From assembly GCA_030167865.1 (NCBI GenBank), contig JALAGF010006020.1:1-46262 (forward strand): DNA of 46,262 bases, read 5' to 3'. The stretch comes from Craspedostauros australis (Eukaryota). The notes under the pieces were generated by a model. The model made no database searches. It was not told the DNA's origin and was given only the letters and a program-made list of their open reading frames with translations. Below are positions 9,885 through 22,968 of this stretch, piece after piece (the first letter of the stretch is position 1; each line of letters starts with the position of its first letter). The position numbers and the translations under genes are program-made.

Positions 9885-11234
9885 CTTGCGTGGTGCGTCT
9901 TGTTTGTCAGAACGTTGGTATGATTCTCGTTTGTTGTCTCGCTGGCTCGTTCTGTGTTGCGTCGCTTCTGTATTATGTGTTTGGATATTGTATGCTATTA
10001 TATCCTATTGTATTCTGTGGTATGATATTTCTCAATTGCCAGTGCACTTGCGCCTGATCACTCCGCACGCTGTAGAAATGGAGAATCGTCCAGCGAGTGT
10101 TCTCGCATGTTGCGCTTGTTCGGATGATGTCCTCTGCGAAGAAACGATGATTCATCGAGAGGATGGATTGGGTGATTGTGACGAGAACAGGTTCCACTTG
10201 TTTTTGTGGCGCCAAAAGCGCCAACACATCATTGGCGCGTGATGTGCAAACCAACTGATATACGGACAGACCGTTATCATGTCATGCATTTGATTGGATT
10301 TTTTTTGGAAATCTTTATTAAAGTCTGTCATTTCTACGTTTGGTGTAGACGCACGAGTCGAAATATTCTAGATTAAACATGACTGTGGATACTATTTTCA
10401 ACCAATCACAACTCGTCACGCCAACAACAAACACAAAAACAACAACAACGACAACGAAAAGGCACCCACAAAAGACCACACATCCGACGTGAAGACCATC
10501 GAGCACAGAGCACATGATGGAGGCACATCATCACTTCCACAACGCCGGTTGCACTCCTGCCTCATGTCCGTACTCATGTCATGAGGTGATGCCACACCAC
10601 CATTTGAAGTTGATGGCTGTTTCCCTCCTAGAGGGGGTCAGAGAACAGTATCATATGCAGTGTTCCGTGGACGAGTTCGCGGCCAGAAGACAGTCTCCAT
10701 GTGCAGGAACACAGAGAGGCTGATTTACTGTGTGGCGTACCTCTCTTCATGAGTAAGTGCACGGAAAGAAACATGTCATAGTCGTCAACTGTGAAGCAAA
10801 ATGTGGATCAGGCCTGGTCGGAGTTGTGTTTGGGCGTGGTGTTTGATGTCGATGTTGGGTGTGTGCGTTGAAGTGAGGAGTTGCACATGCCAGCGCAAGC
10901 TGAAATCTAACCAGGCCCGATCCGGTGACACGTGCAGGTTTCTTTCCCAAGCGCTCTCTCGATTTTGCATGAGAGCTTGTCCATGACACAGGGTCTCTCT
11001 GCAGGGTGCGAGGACGACATGGCTGTGAAAGGGTTGGAGCACAGGCGCAAAAGGAGGACGGCCTTCGTTCGTTCGTCTTTCGATGCCACATTGCTCCATT
11101 CCATTCTACGAGTCCTATGGTGTTGTCTGGTACGTACGTACATTGATACTATGTGCTGCATTATTGTGCTACAATATTGTGCTATGTGCATTTGTGGACA
11201 GCCAGCGGAAAGCTGGCGAAGATCGACCAATCGA

Positions 11235-14200
11235 TCAACATCCGTCCCCGAAGTAGAGAGATCCGCCGGATCCGAACTCGCGGCCTTCGTACTCGACGTA
11301 AGAGTCGTACGTGATCCGGACGCCTCGGCCCTCTCCGAGAATGCCGTCCCCGTAGGCATCTCGCAACCGCAGTCTCCAGCATTTGGACGAGTCGACCTTG
11401 GCGGAGTCTGTCCTGTCGGCGAAGTTGGGCAATGTGTTTTGGACCGAGAACAGTGGTTTGCCAACTTTCTTCTTGGTCTCGGGGTCCCATTGGACCAAGG
11501 AATACGATGTGTCGGACCCGTATTGATCGGTGAGGACTCGGATCTCGACCACCTTGTACAGGATGGGGCAGTACCCAATCTGGAGCGTCACTCCTTCTGG
11601 GTTGCTCTCGTCATCTTCCACTACCTTAGGAGTTGACTGCATCTCCTGTCCGTCTAACGACAGCTTGACCTTCTCGGTGATGACGTCAAGGTCGGTCTCA
11701 TCGAGAAATTGAAGATGGTAGCAGCGGGTCTTGGAGATGCAGTAGGCTGGATCAGAGATATCAACTCGGTCGTTGCCAGCCACCACACCTCCGGTCTTGC
11801 GGTCGATGAGCTTCCATTGAATGTCCACAGTCGAAGATGTTGGGACACTCGTTGGCAGCAATGATGGTGTGCCTGTTGGCAAGGCTGTTGGAGTCGATGT
11901 TGGAGACTTCGTTGGCAAGGCTGTTGGGGAGTTTGTGGGAAAGCCTGTTGGAGAGGCGGTCGGAAGATCCGTTGGGGAGTCCGTGGGCGAGTCCGTTGGA
12001 GAGGGGGTCGGAAGATCCGTTGGATACGGTGTGGGTGAGTCCGTGGGAAAGCCGGTTGGAGAGCTTGTCGGGGATCCCGTTGGAGGGCTGTTGGTTGGAG
12101 CCGCCGTTGGAGAGTTTGTTGGGGATCCTGTTGGAGGGCTGTTGGTTGGAGCCGACGTGGGAGAGTTCGTCGGGGATCCTGTTGGAGGGCTGTTGGTTGG
12201 AGTCGACGTGGGAGAATTTGTTGGGGATGCCGTTGGATCATCTGTCGAGTAGATTGTCGGGGATGCCGTTGGAGAGTTCGACGAGAGTGATGTTGGGACA
12301 GCCGAAGAGTAGCTTGTCGGAGCGACAGTTGGAGATGCCGATGGCAAGTTGGTTGGAGAATGTGTCGGAACTATTGTCGGAGCGACAGTTGGAGATGCTG
12401 ATGGCAAGCTGGTTGGAGCATGCGTGGGAGATCCCGTTGGAGATCCCGTTGGTGAGTTTGTGGGAGAGAGTGTTGGAGATTCTGTTGGTGAATTTGTGGG
12501 AGAGTTCGTAGGTTGCTCTGACGACATGAACGATGGAGGGTCCGATGACAGTCTCGATGGTGACGACGTTGGCGAGACCGAAGGTTGGTGTTCGTCATCA
12601 CTTTTTGATGGCTCTACAGAATTGACGGCAACGATGGTGTAAGGGCTGTCGACGAGCACCCTCCGGGCGCCCGCGCCTTGAGCGGACAGGGCTGGAAGGA
12701 GCGCCAGATGCTGACCTCCGGCCGTGAGGCAGTCTGCTTGGAGAACGACGTTCATGGCATCGGTGGCCTGAATGAGGCCGTGACCGAAGGAATCATCTCG
12801 GGTGAGATCATCTGCTCGGTATGCTGTTTCCTGGATGGTGTCCAACAGGAAGTCCCTGGATGCGTATGGGGCGAATGAGAGGAGTAGAGCCAGGATGCCC
12901 GAAACGAAGGGCGCGGACATGCTCGTGCCGGACCATGTTGCGTAAGCGTCCACAGTTTCGCCTGTGCCCTCGTCTATGATATGAGGGATCGTGCTGAGGA
13001 TGTCAACGCCTGTTTGACACATGGAGAAGGAGGAGCAGTGAGTGGGTGAGAGAGAGAGAGGATGCAATGTTTAGCATGAAAGTGGATGTAGAATAGGTGC
13101 AAGTCGATGTGGATGCGAATACTAATCTGGACGTACCTGGTGCAACAACGTTGACCTGATTGTTTCTGGTGGAGAAGACGGCCAAATCACCGTTGGAGTC
13201 GACGGCCCCGACTGAAATGACGGAGTCGTAGTTGGCAGGATAGTTGGGTACGTTGCCGTCCTCGGGCCTGCCGGTGTTGCCAGCCGAAGCTACGATGAGC
13301 ACGCCTTCCTTTTGCAGCTCATCGAAGTAGACATTTTCCTCTATGTCGAACTTGGTGCCTCCGAGGCTGAGGTGGATGATGTCGGCCTTGGCTTCGGATC
13401 GGCACAATCGAGCTGCGGCGACGAGGTCGCTTCCGAACAACGTCCTGTCCTGATCGAAGACCCGAACGATGTGGTAGTTGGCGTCGGGCGCGATGCCTTG
13501 CAGGATCTCCGACTTGGCCGACATCATTCCGGCGACGAAGGTTCCGTGGCCCACGAAATCGTAGTTCCACGGCGAGACGACCTGCGGATTGGAGGAGCCC
13601 GTCATCTTGGCTTCCTTGATGTCCGCGTGCTGATACGCTCCTGAATCGATGATGCAAACCGTGACACCGGAGCCCGTGGCGCCGTACATGTCGCGGATCG
13701 TTGGAAGCTGGACCTGGTCGGCTCCGGTGACCAAGTCGGATTCGGAGACGAGTCTGCGGTCAGCGGCGTCGTTGCCGTCCTTGACATCGTTGGAGCGTGA
13801 TGGGGGCTCGACCATCTTTAGGGAACCCGGAAGATGCTGCATCTCTCGCAGTGGGTCGTCCTGGATGGAGAGGCCGTTGACGCTGACGATCTTGTCTATG
13901 TCCTGGACGTGCACCAGTGCCGAGAATGCGTATAGATCGGCAACCGCCAGGGCGTGCAGGATGTGGATGGGTGCGACAGGGTGCATGGTGGTGATTTCAT
14001 CAAGTGCATCGTAGCACTCATCTGGCATCTGTGAGGTTCCATCGTCGCGGAGGACAGGCTCCGAGTCCTGCTGCGATTGCTGCTGTCCCTCCTGCTGTTG
14101 CTGAAGCCAATGTGGGTCGCAAATGATGACGAGGCGCATGAGAGCGTTGGCAGAGCCTCCGGTGGCAGCCTCACGCAAGCTGGCTTGGAGGATCTCATCG

Positions 14201-14694
14201 TCGGAAGGGTCCATGATGGTGTCCGAGTACGTTCCATCGTCATTCTGCTTGTGTCTCAGTGCGACAGATGGGATCGATGGCTTGGGAAGGAGAGTGTCAG
14301 TATCAGCATCAGTGTCAGCATCCAGTTCTCTGGCTGCTTGCAAACGCCCAGCTCCCGTCCTAAGCTCAGGTTCATCCCGAGTTTGTGTTTGAGCTGGCGT
14401 GGGCGATGACGCATTGCTCGCCCGTGGTGGCTGTCCCCGTCGGTGCCTCAGCCTGCGCCGAGAAGCCGATGGCAAGGATGATGAGGCATCATGAGGCTCA
14501 GTCGATGACGAAAGGTGGGATTCTGCTTGGAAGATGGAGGCGGCAGACGCATTGGCAACGCAGCACAGCAACATAGCGAGGGTGATCATGATGGTTGCTC
14601 TCGTTCGAAATGTCGGAAGACCAAGGGATGATGCTCTCCAATGCTCGTGCGCCGTACTTGTGGACGACGTCCTTCGCTTTGTCGTTGATGCCAT
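11235..14694 (-). CDS. Secreted subtilisin-like serine protease (S8), 2 exons (14694-13137, 13009-11235), ~1110 aa, with Pro/Thr/Ser stalk and C-terminal beta domain
   Basis: Catalytic motifs [18 protein letters not shown] and [11 protein letters not shown]. Removing the GT-AG intron 13136-13010 restores VVAPG|VDILST. Signal-like [16 protein letters not shown]. The start is uncertain: in-frame ATGs at 15195, 14694 and 14589. Confidence 0.92.
11840..12580 (-). repeat. Coding tandem repeats (PTxS/SPT) forming a mucin-like stalk
   Basis: Translation [11 protein letters not shown]...[10 protein letters not shown], including longer near-identical blocks such as [15 protein letters not shown]. Confidence 0.9.
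13010..13136 (-). other. Spliceosomal intron (127 nt, phase 1) of the subtilase gene
   Basis: Minus-strand donor G|gtacgt, acceptor aaacag|GC with an upstream pyrimidine-rich (CT)n tract. It joins two ORF-track fragments in frame. Confidence 0.92.
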
Positions 14695-17053
14695 TGCTGG
14701 ATTTGTGATGGTATTGCTGGATGTGCTCTGCAATGCGCTTTGCGATGTGCTCTGCAATACGCCTGATCTGTGTATTGTGGTCTCGCTGCGGACTGCCTCT
14801 GGTGCTCCGGGTTGCCGTTGTGGCGACTTTGGCGACTGCGATAGTTGTGAGGAGTGCTCGAGCAACGAGTGAAGCGGTTGTGATGGTTGTGATGATTGGG
14901 ATGATTGATTCAATGGAGATGATCGCGATGTCATGATGGTGGCTTTGCTGGACCTTCGATCGACCCACTTGTTCTTGTGCTGGCAAGTGATGGTTGGGGT
15001 GCACTGGGATTGATGCAGCTGGTGGCCAGAGTCGTCGTCACTGTCGTCGCTCGTACCTGCACGAGCACTCGTGTTCTTGCGCTTACTCGGATTTGGACCC
15101 CTGATTGTAGTATGTGGTTGCATTGGGGCTTGCGCGTCCGGCTTTAACGGCGCCTGTGGCTTCACAACCACGAGTATCGGTGTCTGTGTGGACATGATGC
15201 TCGATTGGCAAGGGCGACCTCGGGAGATGGCGTTGACACTGATCGTGAGGCCCAGAGGGAGAGAGAGACGCAAGGGAGGTGGTGATGATCTCCTTCGTCT
15301 CGGCGAGACTCGGAAAGAGCTGACCAGCCAGCGGTTCGTCTTCAATCGGTTCAAATTAGAGGTGGGAGCCTCTCAGCCACACGCAGGAGGCGGTTCCAGA
15401 GGTAGTGCTGCTGCTGCTGGTAGTGCTGGTTGTGCTGGTTGTGCTTGTCTTGGCGCGGTATTCAAAGCTTCTCGCAGCCAACGGCGCGAAGTCCGTGCTC
15501 GGGTGGAACACGAACAAGCAGCGCCCCGCGAGCAAAAGTACCTGTGCTCTTCCTTCTTGGTCCTGCTGGTTTTGCTCGTGTCGTGGTGGTTTCTTGTCAC
15601 GGGAGCCGTTGCTGCTCCCTTCGGTGCGGCGTTTGTACCAATCGTTCGTCGTTGGTCGCTGACGAAATTGTCCCTGGGACGTAACGGCAAAATGTGTATC
15701 GCGGTCATTTCTCGTTGTCTTCCGTGTGTGTTGCTCTGTTTGAATTTACGAGGCGGTGCACAATGAGCACGACATCTTCCATGTGCCATGCGTCACGAAT
15801 GAACAGTGTGTCACGTCGGACAAGAAAAACACATAAATTTAGTCATGTCTACGCGCCAGCCAGACCAATGATAGTCAACACACCAACTCCACCGCTCCGA
15901 AGAAACATCTTCGGGCTACTTTGTTGTGCAGTCCACACGAACTCACGAACTCAGAAAGCCGCAAGGGCAAGCACGCACCACACCACTTCCTCCTTCAACA
16001 CCTCTGCCCCATCCACAACCATCACGATGATGAATGGCCCTGCCGAAGTTCCACGAGCACCGCGCACCGCTTCGTATTCGAGCACCACTCAACAAGGGAC
16101 CACCGTGTGTTCATCTATCGTCGGTATTGCCTCGGAGAGTGTCATGGATCGTAGTATATAATAGAATACCATACTCTACTGATATATCCTTGTAGAATAC
16201 ATCCCATCATGTTCCAAGAGCCGTAACATGTTGCATTCGCCAAGCCTATCATGGGAACATGTTTCTGAATCAGAGTACGACTCAAGAACGATGCCCTGCA
16301 AGTCTCCAGCACCTCCAACTTCATGTGTTGGGCTGGGCCATCTCTTGCACACCAAACCACCAGCTATGAGAGCTGCTATATTCCAAACGAGAATAGAGCG
16401 GACACCACGTCATTTGCTGCCGCCGGCGGGTGGTCGTCGGTTCTGGGTTCGGCCCATGGCCGATGTAAGAACCAAATCAAGCGAAACAGGAACAAAGGCG
16501 ATGTGGGATTGTCAATTCCACATGACCTCGGGAAGCTTCCGTGTCACACAGGAGCATGATGGAGTCGCGGAGTATAAATGATGGGTCTGCCGATCAATTG
16601 CTTCAGTTCCTTGGCTCCAGCGTTCCAATGCTGCTGCGTACTGGCAAGGCTGTCCATCATGCCTCGTGCTTGTTTACACACAACTACCCCAACCATGCTA
16701 CTCAGAGACCGTCCTCTTGCTTCACAAATGGGTACTCAGTGGTGTAGCGTCACCTACTTGTCCATCGACGCGTAGTCGACTCGTGTTTGTGCGATTGTCA
16801 GAATCGGCACACAGGGCTGACACTTGTTGTTGAAATTACAGGACACAATATAGAGTGTCCGTTTTGTACTATCAATGTTGTTGTGTTGATTCACGACCGT
16901 TTCATGTTGACGTTATAGTTGATCGAGACGTTAACTCAATTTGAGTTTGCAATAAATATATCTCATGTTACGTCCGTACGGCCATCATGTGAAACCCATA
17001 CAATCCGATGAGTCGTCCGTGGCCTCGACAGAGAACCGTGATGAGACAAGAGG

Positions 17054-17758
17054 ATGACAAATCACGACTGGAAACCGACGTCACCGCGTTCCCCAAATCG
17101 GACAACAACAACAGGATGGCTCTTGTCGCTTGTGGACACACCCGATCAAGCCACGATGGAAGCAAAAGACAAAGGTAGAAATTGGCGCGAAGCTGCCACA
17201 GAGCGCAAAATAGACGTGCCTGCTGTACTCTGCTCTATTTATTGTCCGCTGGGGTATAGTCCATGCTCGTCGCATCCCACTGTGCCTCCCCTGTTTCCTG
17301 GTCCATCTTGCGTCGGCAATAAATCCGATCCTTGTGCGTGGTATGACCATGATGTGCTTCCTCTCCATCCGCACCTTGAGTCGTACTATACTGTGGCACC
17401 TACAATACCTACGAGCTACGTGTACGATAGACTCCTCCTGCGTGCGGATAGATCAGTGGCAAAGCTGGATACCATGCAACTCTCACGAGCACTTTCAGAA
17501 ACCTTCCTTGATCCAGCAGCAGCATCTCAGCCGAGGACTTCTGTCCCAGTCCCAGGACAGCAATGGAGGATCCATAAGAACGAGGAGGCTAAACGAAGAT
17601 TCATCCGTTGGAACTTATTGGGAAGGATGAACATCGCGTTGCTAGCGGGCCGGATCTTGTTTCCCGCGGCTTCAAGGAGGGAACAGATCGTGGTTGAGGG
17701 TGGTGAGATGGACATGACGAAATGTGTATGCGGACGCATGGTATGTACCACTGGCTGA
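17054..17758 (+). CDS. Hypothetical 234-aa ORF, possibly spurious or a decayed gene
   Basis: Open frame with an ATG, but weak codon bias compared with neighbouring genes and no recognisable motif. Confidence 0.2.
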   Translation: MTNHDWKPTSPRSPNRTTTTGWLLSLVDTPDQATMEAKDKGRNWREAATERKIDVPAVLCSIYCPLGYSPCSSHPTVPPLFPGPSCVGNKSDPCAWYDHDVLPLHPHLESYYTVAPTIPTSYVYDRLLLRADRSVAKLDTMQLSRALSETFLDPAAASQPRTSVPVPGQQWRIHKNEEAKRRFIRWNLLGRMNIALLAGRILFPAASRREQIVVEGGEMDMTKCVCGRMVCTTG

Positions 17759-18673
17759 GAATCCATCTGTCCATGCTCTTGCTCTCTCATGCTCTTCCTT
17801 TTGAGTCGGTGTTACGTTTCGTACCTTGCATGCAGGATGTGTCAACTCCTTGTCCCGGCCAACAGAGAGGATGACACCCACGGTCATGGGACACTGTAAT
17901 TCCCGCCGGTTTTTGTGAAGTTTGTTTCTGAGAGTTTCGCTTCGTTCGCTCTTGTGCTGGGACTTGAGGCGCGGAATGGTCTGGAAATTATGGGACTGCG
18001 ACATCAAAAAGTGAGGAGAGATTTATTGGGCGAAGGTGAACAACGGCGAATGTCGAAACGTCCTCTGCGGATCTTCTGCGGAATCCGCCCTTCACCTCAT
18101 GGTACAATTTATGGTCAACGGGCGGAATCAGTTCCTGTCAAGGTTGAAGGCAGCACATCCACCAGGATCGCGACACACACACAGACACGTGAGGAAAGAT
18201 GAGAACCAGGATCGGGAACTCTGGGCAAAGACCGCACGCAGCATTCGTTCGTCGACATCACCAACCTCCCCCAGGCACTCCCGTCATTGCAGAGAGGGCC
18301 TGTTTCCTGCATTTGTACTCGTATCCAGAGCAACAGCTGCCGTTGTCGCCGCCAGTGTCACTGTTCGGAGAGGGTTGTCATCTTCGTCGCTCGTCGCAGG
18401 TGCGCAATTGCAGATCCTGCTTTCGCTGCCATCACACATGCGAACCACACCAAAAGGCGAAGAATCCAAGGAACACGAAGCGAAAGAACGTGGTGGATCT
18501 GTGAGAAAGCGCGCAAAACGGAAGATGGATACACGTACCCACTCTGGCGGAATGAGGAACTATGTTCTGGTCATAAAGCGACAGTTTGCAAAAGGAAAAG
18601 CAAAAGCCAAATCAATCGCAGACACCCAAGCAACACCAGCAACACCAGCTTCCACAAACAACCCGACGTCACC

Positions 18674-21600
18674 ATGAAGTTCGCCTCAGCCGCGGCTACT
18701 GCCCTCTCCCTGGCATGCATGGGCACAACGTCCGCCTTCACCTTGCCGTCCCCATCCGCGGCCGTCGCCCAGAGCCGTCCTGCAGGACCGCTCTTCGCCA
18801 TCCAGAACCCTCCGGAGACGGAAGAGGCCACCGCCGACATGGCCAAGACCAACGGCCCCAGCAACAACATCTCCAACCCGGTCAACCCCTACGCGACCAC
18901 CCCCATGATCTCCTTGACGATCCAGGCCATCTTCAAGATGATCTTCTCCGGACAGATCGGAGTTCCGCTGCTCCTTCTCATCGTCCTCTCCCCCATCGTG
19001 AGCATCGTCCTCCCTCTCCTCAACCTCCTTGGGAACAACACCATCTCGCTCGTTTACAACATCATTCGGACCAGCTTGCAGGAGGTCGTTGGCGCACCGA
19101 TGCAGTATGCCACCTACCCAAAACACCTCGAGGTAAGCAATTCGTGTGTTGCAGTTGCGCATTCCAGCTCAGAGCTGAAAACTTGCATAATGTCTTCGTG
19201 CGAGAATGTTCGTACCGCCCTGCCTCGAGAACAATGCAGCAGGACCCGCACCAGCAGCACCAACTCGCGATCTCCCTTCGACTTGCCGCGTCCATCACTT
19301 TTTGGACGCTGATTGTTTATGCAAAACGCATATGACGTAAATGCCATGTATGGCAGCGTCTTCAATGCTCTGCGCAATGCCACACACGATTCTCACATGG
19401 TTGCCCAACAACTGCGCGCCGTGCTATGCACACCATGCCGCACCACCGCGCTTTGCTCTACCGACAGTATCCGAATGTCCCTCTCGATGACATCATGAGA
19501 AAGATCGACGGCGTGCCACCGCTGAACTACTGGTTCAAGTTCTCCAAGATCCTTGGTGTTGTCGGAGCCGTCACTGACACAGCTGCTGGTCTCGAAGCAT
19601 CCGGAGTCAAGGATACCGATCCCAGCACCTACGACAACTACAACAAGCTCTTCACGGACAACGGCACCGCACCAAACTCAAAGTACCCCACTCCACCGTA
19701 CGTTCCTGATCATTGGGAGGAGGATGCCGAATTCGCTCGCCAGTTCCTCAACGGAGTCAACCCCGTCATGGTCGAGGTCGTCAGCGACGTCTCTGGCCAG
19801 CTCAGCAACGAGATCGTCAGCTTCTTCAAGACCACCAAGGTTGCCGGTGAGTCGGTCGACCTTGGTGCACTTGCCAAGGCCAACCGCCTCCTCTACGTCG
19901 ACTACGAGGGCCTTGACGCCCTCAACAAGCACCCGCACCAGGCGTACCCCCAGGCATACAACAACAAAAATTTCACTGACGACGAGACAGTTCTCAGCCG
20001 TGTCGGAAAGGAGCCACGTTACTTCGAGTCTCCGATCATCGTGCTCCAGCTCGACGAAAAGCGCGAGAAGCTTCAGGTCCTCGGTGTCCAGCTCGAGCGT
20101 ACGCCAGGCGCCCAGATCTACACCAGCGAGAACACCGAGGCAAACAAGTGGTTGTTCATCAAGACTGCAGTCGCGGCAGCTGATTCCCAATACCACGAGG
20201 TACGTACGCACATATACGAATGCACACATTCATGCACACACAAACGCACACATGTGTATCGTATAATACCTGCCGCAATCCGTGGTTGCGGTTTTCATCC
20301 TCGTACCGTATGCATTCGCTTTGCTACATTCGACGCACACTGTGCACATTGTATAAACTGCGTGTCTTTGCGCAATGATATGATTCTCCTGCGTCGATCT
20401 CACCAGGCGATTCTCTCGTTCTCTGATTCCACCTTTCACATCATTTCGCTTCCTTGCGCCCGCACCTGCACCTGCACCCACTCATGATTGCAATCCGCAG
20501 TGGGTCACGCATCTTGGCAAGACCCATTACACCATGGAGCCACACATCGTCGCCATCCACAACACCCTCCGAAAGACCAACCACAAGATTTACCCATTCC
20601 TCGCACCGATGTGCCGTGACACCCTCCTCCTCAACTGGGCCGCCCGTCTCACACTGGCCGAATTTGGGCCAGACAGTTTCGGTGACAAGATGACTTCCGT
20701 CGGAGTCGGCCAATACATGCAGCTTATCAAGAAGTACTGGGAGGACTACGACTTCTTCAAGTCCGGTGCCGCTGACGAGGAATTGGAGGGGCGCGGCTTC
20801 TCTCCTGATGTGGAATTCCCAGGTTACCGTTACCGCACCGATTCGCTGAAGCTGTGGGACATCTACGGCACCTTCGCCACCGACTACGTGAACGAGGTGT
20901 ACGCGAGCGATGCCGAGGTCGCTGCCGACGCCGACCTTCAGAGCTGGGCCACCGAGACCTCCGATCCAACCCGCGGGGCCGTGAAGGGATTCCCAACAAA
21001 ATTCACCGACAAGAAGATCCTCGTCAAGACCCTCCAGACCTTGTTCTGGATTTGCAGCGGTTTCCACGCTGCCGTGAACTTCTCCCAGTACGACGTAAGT
21101 ATTGCACGGTGTTCCGTTCTTTGCCAGTGCTCTGCTTCGTCGGCGACGGCGATGTCAACAACAGAGATGGCAGAAATGACGCATGATAGAGGCAGCAGCA
21201 GTAGCAGCAGCAACAAGTGCAAGGAAGCGACAAGCATGTTGCAGCTCGATCATCAATCTCACCTTCTTTTCTCCTTTCTCTCCCTTTTGTAATACCATTT
21301 GCATCCTCTTACTTTGTGTCTGGCTATTGGCCGATTCACGCTGCGTTGCCTTTGCTCACACTCACGCTCACACCCACTCCCGTATCGAACAAAAAAAAAC
21401 AGTTCTACGCTTACCAGGCCAACAAGCCACTCGGTTTCCGCGCACCAGTCAGCGACTGGCCGGACGCCACCGGCGACAAGGACTGGATCTTCGAGAATGG
21501 CATGCCGCACATGGCGGAGGCCAAGCAAGGCATCGCTACTGCCCGCGTCCTCACTTACCAATCCCACCAGACCATCGACCGCCTGGATGAGTTCTTCGGC

Positions 21601-21753
21601 GAGACCGGATCGCAGGCATACAACACCTTCAAGGAGAACCTCCAGGTCATGTCCGACGAGATCGACGCTCGCAGCGCCAATGACCTCGCCGCGAACGGCC
21701 CAGTCTACGAGTACCTGAAGCCATGCAACGTCCCGTCTTCCATCGACATCTAA
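18674..21753 (+). CDS. LOX: Plastid-targeted lipoxygenase, 4 exons (18674-19132, 19468-20199, 20501-21094, 21403-21753), 711 aa
   Basis: Spliced product has WEEDAEFARQFLNGVNP, HE|WVTHLGKTH (iron His cluster), HAAVNFSQYD and C-terminal SSIDI-COOH. Bipartite presequence MKFASAAATALSLACMGTTSA-FTLP. All three introns are GT-AG, phase 0. Confidence 0.96.
19133..19467 (+). other. LOX intron 1 (335 nt)
   Basis: GAG|gtaagc ... ccgacag|TAT; frame preserved. Confidence 0.88.
20200..20500 (+). other. LOX intron 2 (301 nt)
   Basis: GAG|gtacgt ... ccgcag|TGG; splicing reconstitutes the HEWVTHLGKTH motif. Confidence 0.95.
21095..21402 (+). other. LOX intron 3 (308 nt)
   Basis: GAC|gtaagt ... aaaacag|TTC; gives SQYD|FYAYQANKP. 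Confidence 0.92.
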
Positions 21754-22968
21754 GCGTGGCCGTAATCCACAACCCCCCACGGTGCGTGGCATGCCGCTGC
21801 ACTGTGTTGCATAGCGATACAAGTATTACATAATATTATACATGGCATGCAACGGGATGACGACAGCAGGCAAGTATTATACATCACATTACATTCTATT
21901 ATATAGAATAGTATAAGAAGAGAGGTCGTATCCCACACTCCACTGTCATACTGTGACCGTCCCGTAGCTGTGATTTGCGTCTGTGGCACGCATGTGACGA
22001 ACTGTAGCAAGCCGTGCCTAGCATCAGATACGCGTCTCATGGCATACCAACCAGCACCAAAGCATTCGGCAACATCAGATAACGACCGCTCGATTCGTAT
22101 CTTTCCGATCTCGTCGCGATGTGGGTGCACATCTGACAAGCGAGAATGCGGTGTGCACAAGTTTTGGCGCCAACCCGATTCTGTTCTTCTCATGACAGGC
22201 AAGGTTGTGGTGATGTGTCAGGTCGGCTGATTCGAAGGTGGTATCTTTGCGAGAATGACCCTGTTGTGCCTCGATGGGACATGGTGCGTGGGTTCGGGTA
22301 TCTTTGGTGGACCGACATGTGACATGACTGCGACGATGACAAGGGAGGAAAAGGTCTCAAACCAAGACCGGAATGTGTTCTGTTTCGTCCTTTGTGGTAC
22401 ACAATGGCTGGTTTGCGTTGGTGGCGACTGTCGATGAGACACATCGGTATTGTGTTTAGTATGGTGACTCGTGACACAGAAGCAAGATCAATGGAGTTGG
22501 AGAGAGGTGACAAAAGAAGCCCATCGCAGGGGGTATTGATGGCCTGGACGAGCGCTCTGTGGTAACAGGTGGCTGCGAGATGCGGGAGACGTGCGATGAT
22601 GGCAGAGAGCAGTCGTACGCACCAGTAGTAGTACCAGCCATGAGTACGAGTACAAACCACACTTCGCTGGTATGTCTGATGTGTGGGCATGCAAACATGC
22701 GAACATGAGAGGAAGGAGCCTCTTCTCTGTGTCTCAGAACTTGGCAACAACCACTCACCAATGATGTTGATTGCGCACAAATCTTGGAAATCAGAACAGC
22801 CGCACCAAACTATCCATCCAACTCGCATCGATTGCACCTAGTGTGGGTAGGTTGTCCGAATACGAATACGGATACGAATAGGAAGAGGTAACGAAGTGGA
22901 GACAGACAGTCCAGACAAGAGAGCGAGGAAGACGAGAGAGAGAGAGAGAGAGCTAGTGATTGACGAAG

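Noticed and set aside
11821..12642. Gly/Val-rich (VGxx)n ORFs on the + strand
   Set aside because: They are the reverse complement of the subtilase PT/PS repeats.
14695..15354. 220-aa N-terminal extension of the subtilase ORF
   Set aside because: Low-complexity and upstream of the signal-peptide-like segment; probably 5' UTR or upstream sequence. Transcript data are needed to exclude it.
18287..18673. ORF-track N-terminal extension of LOX exon 1
   Set aside because: Non-ATG start; the clear bipartite presequence begins at ATG 18674.
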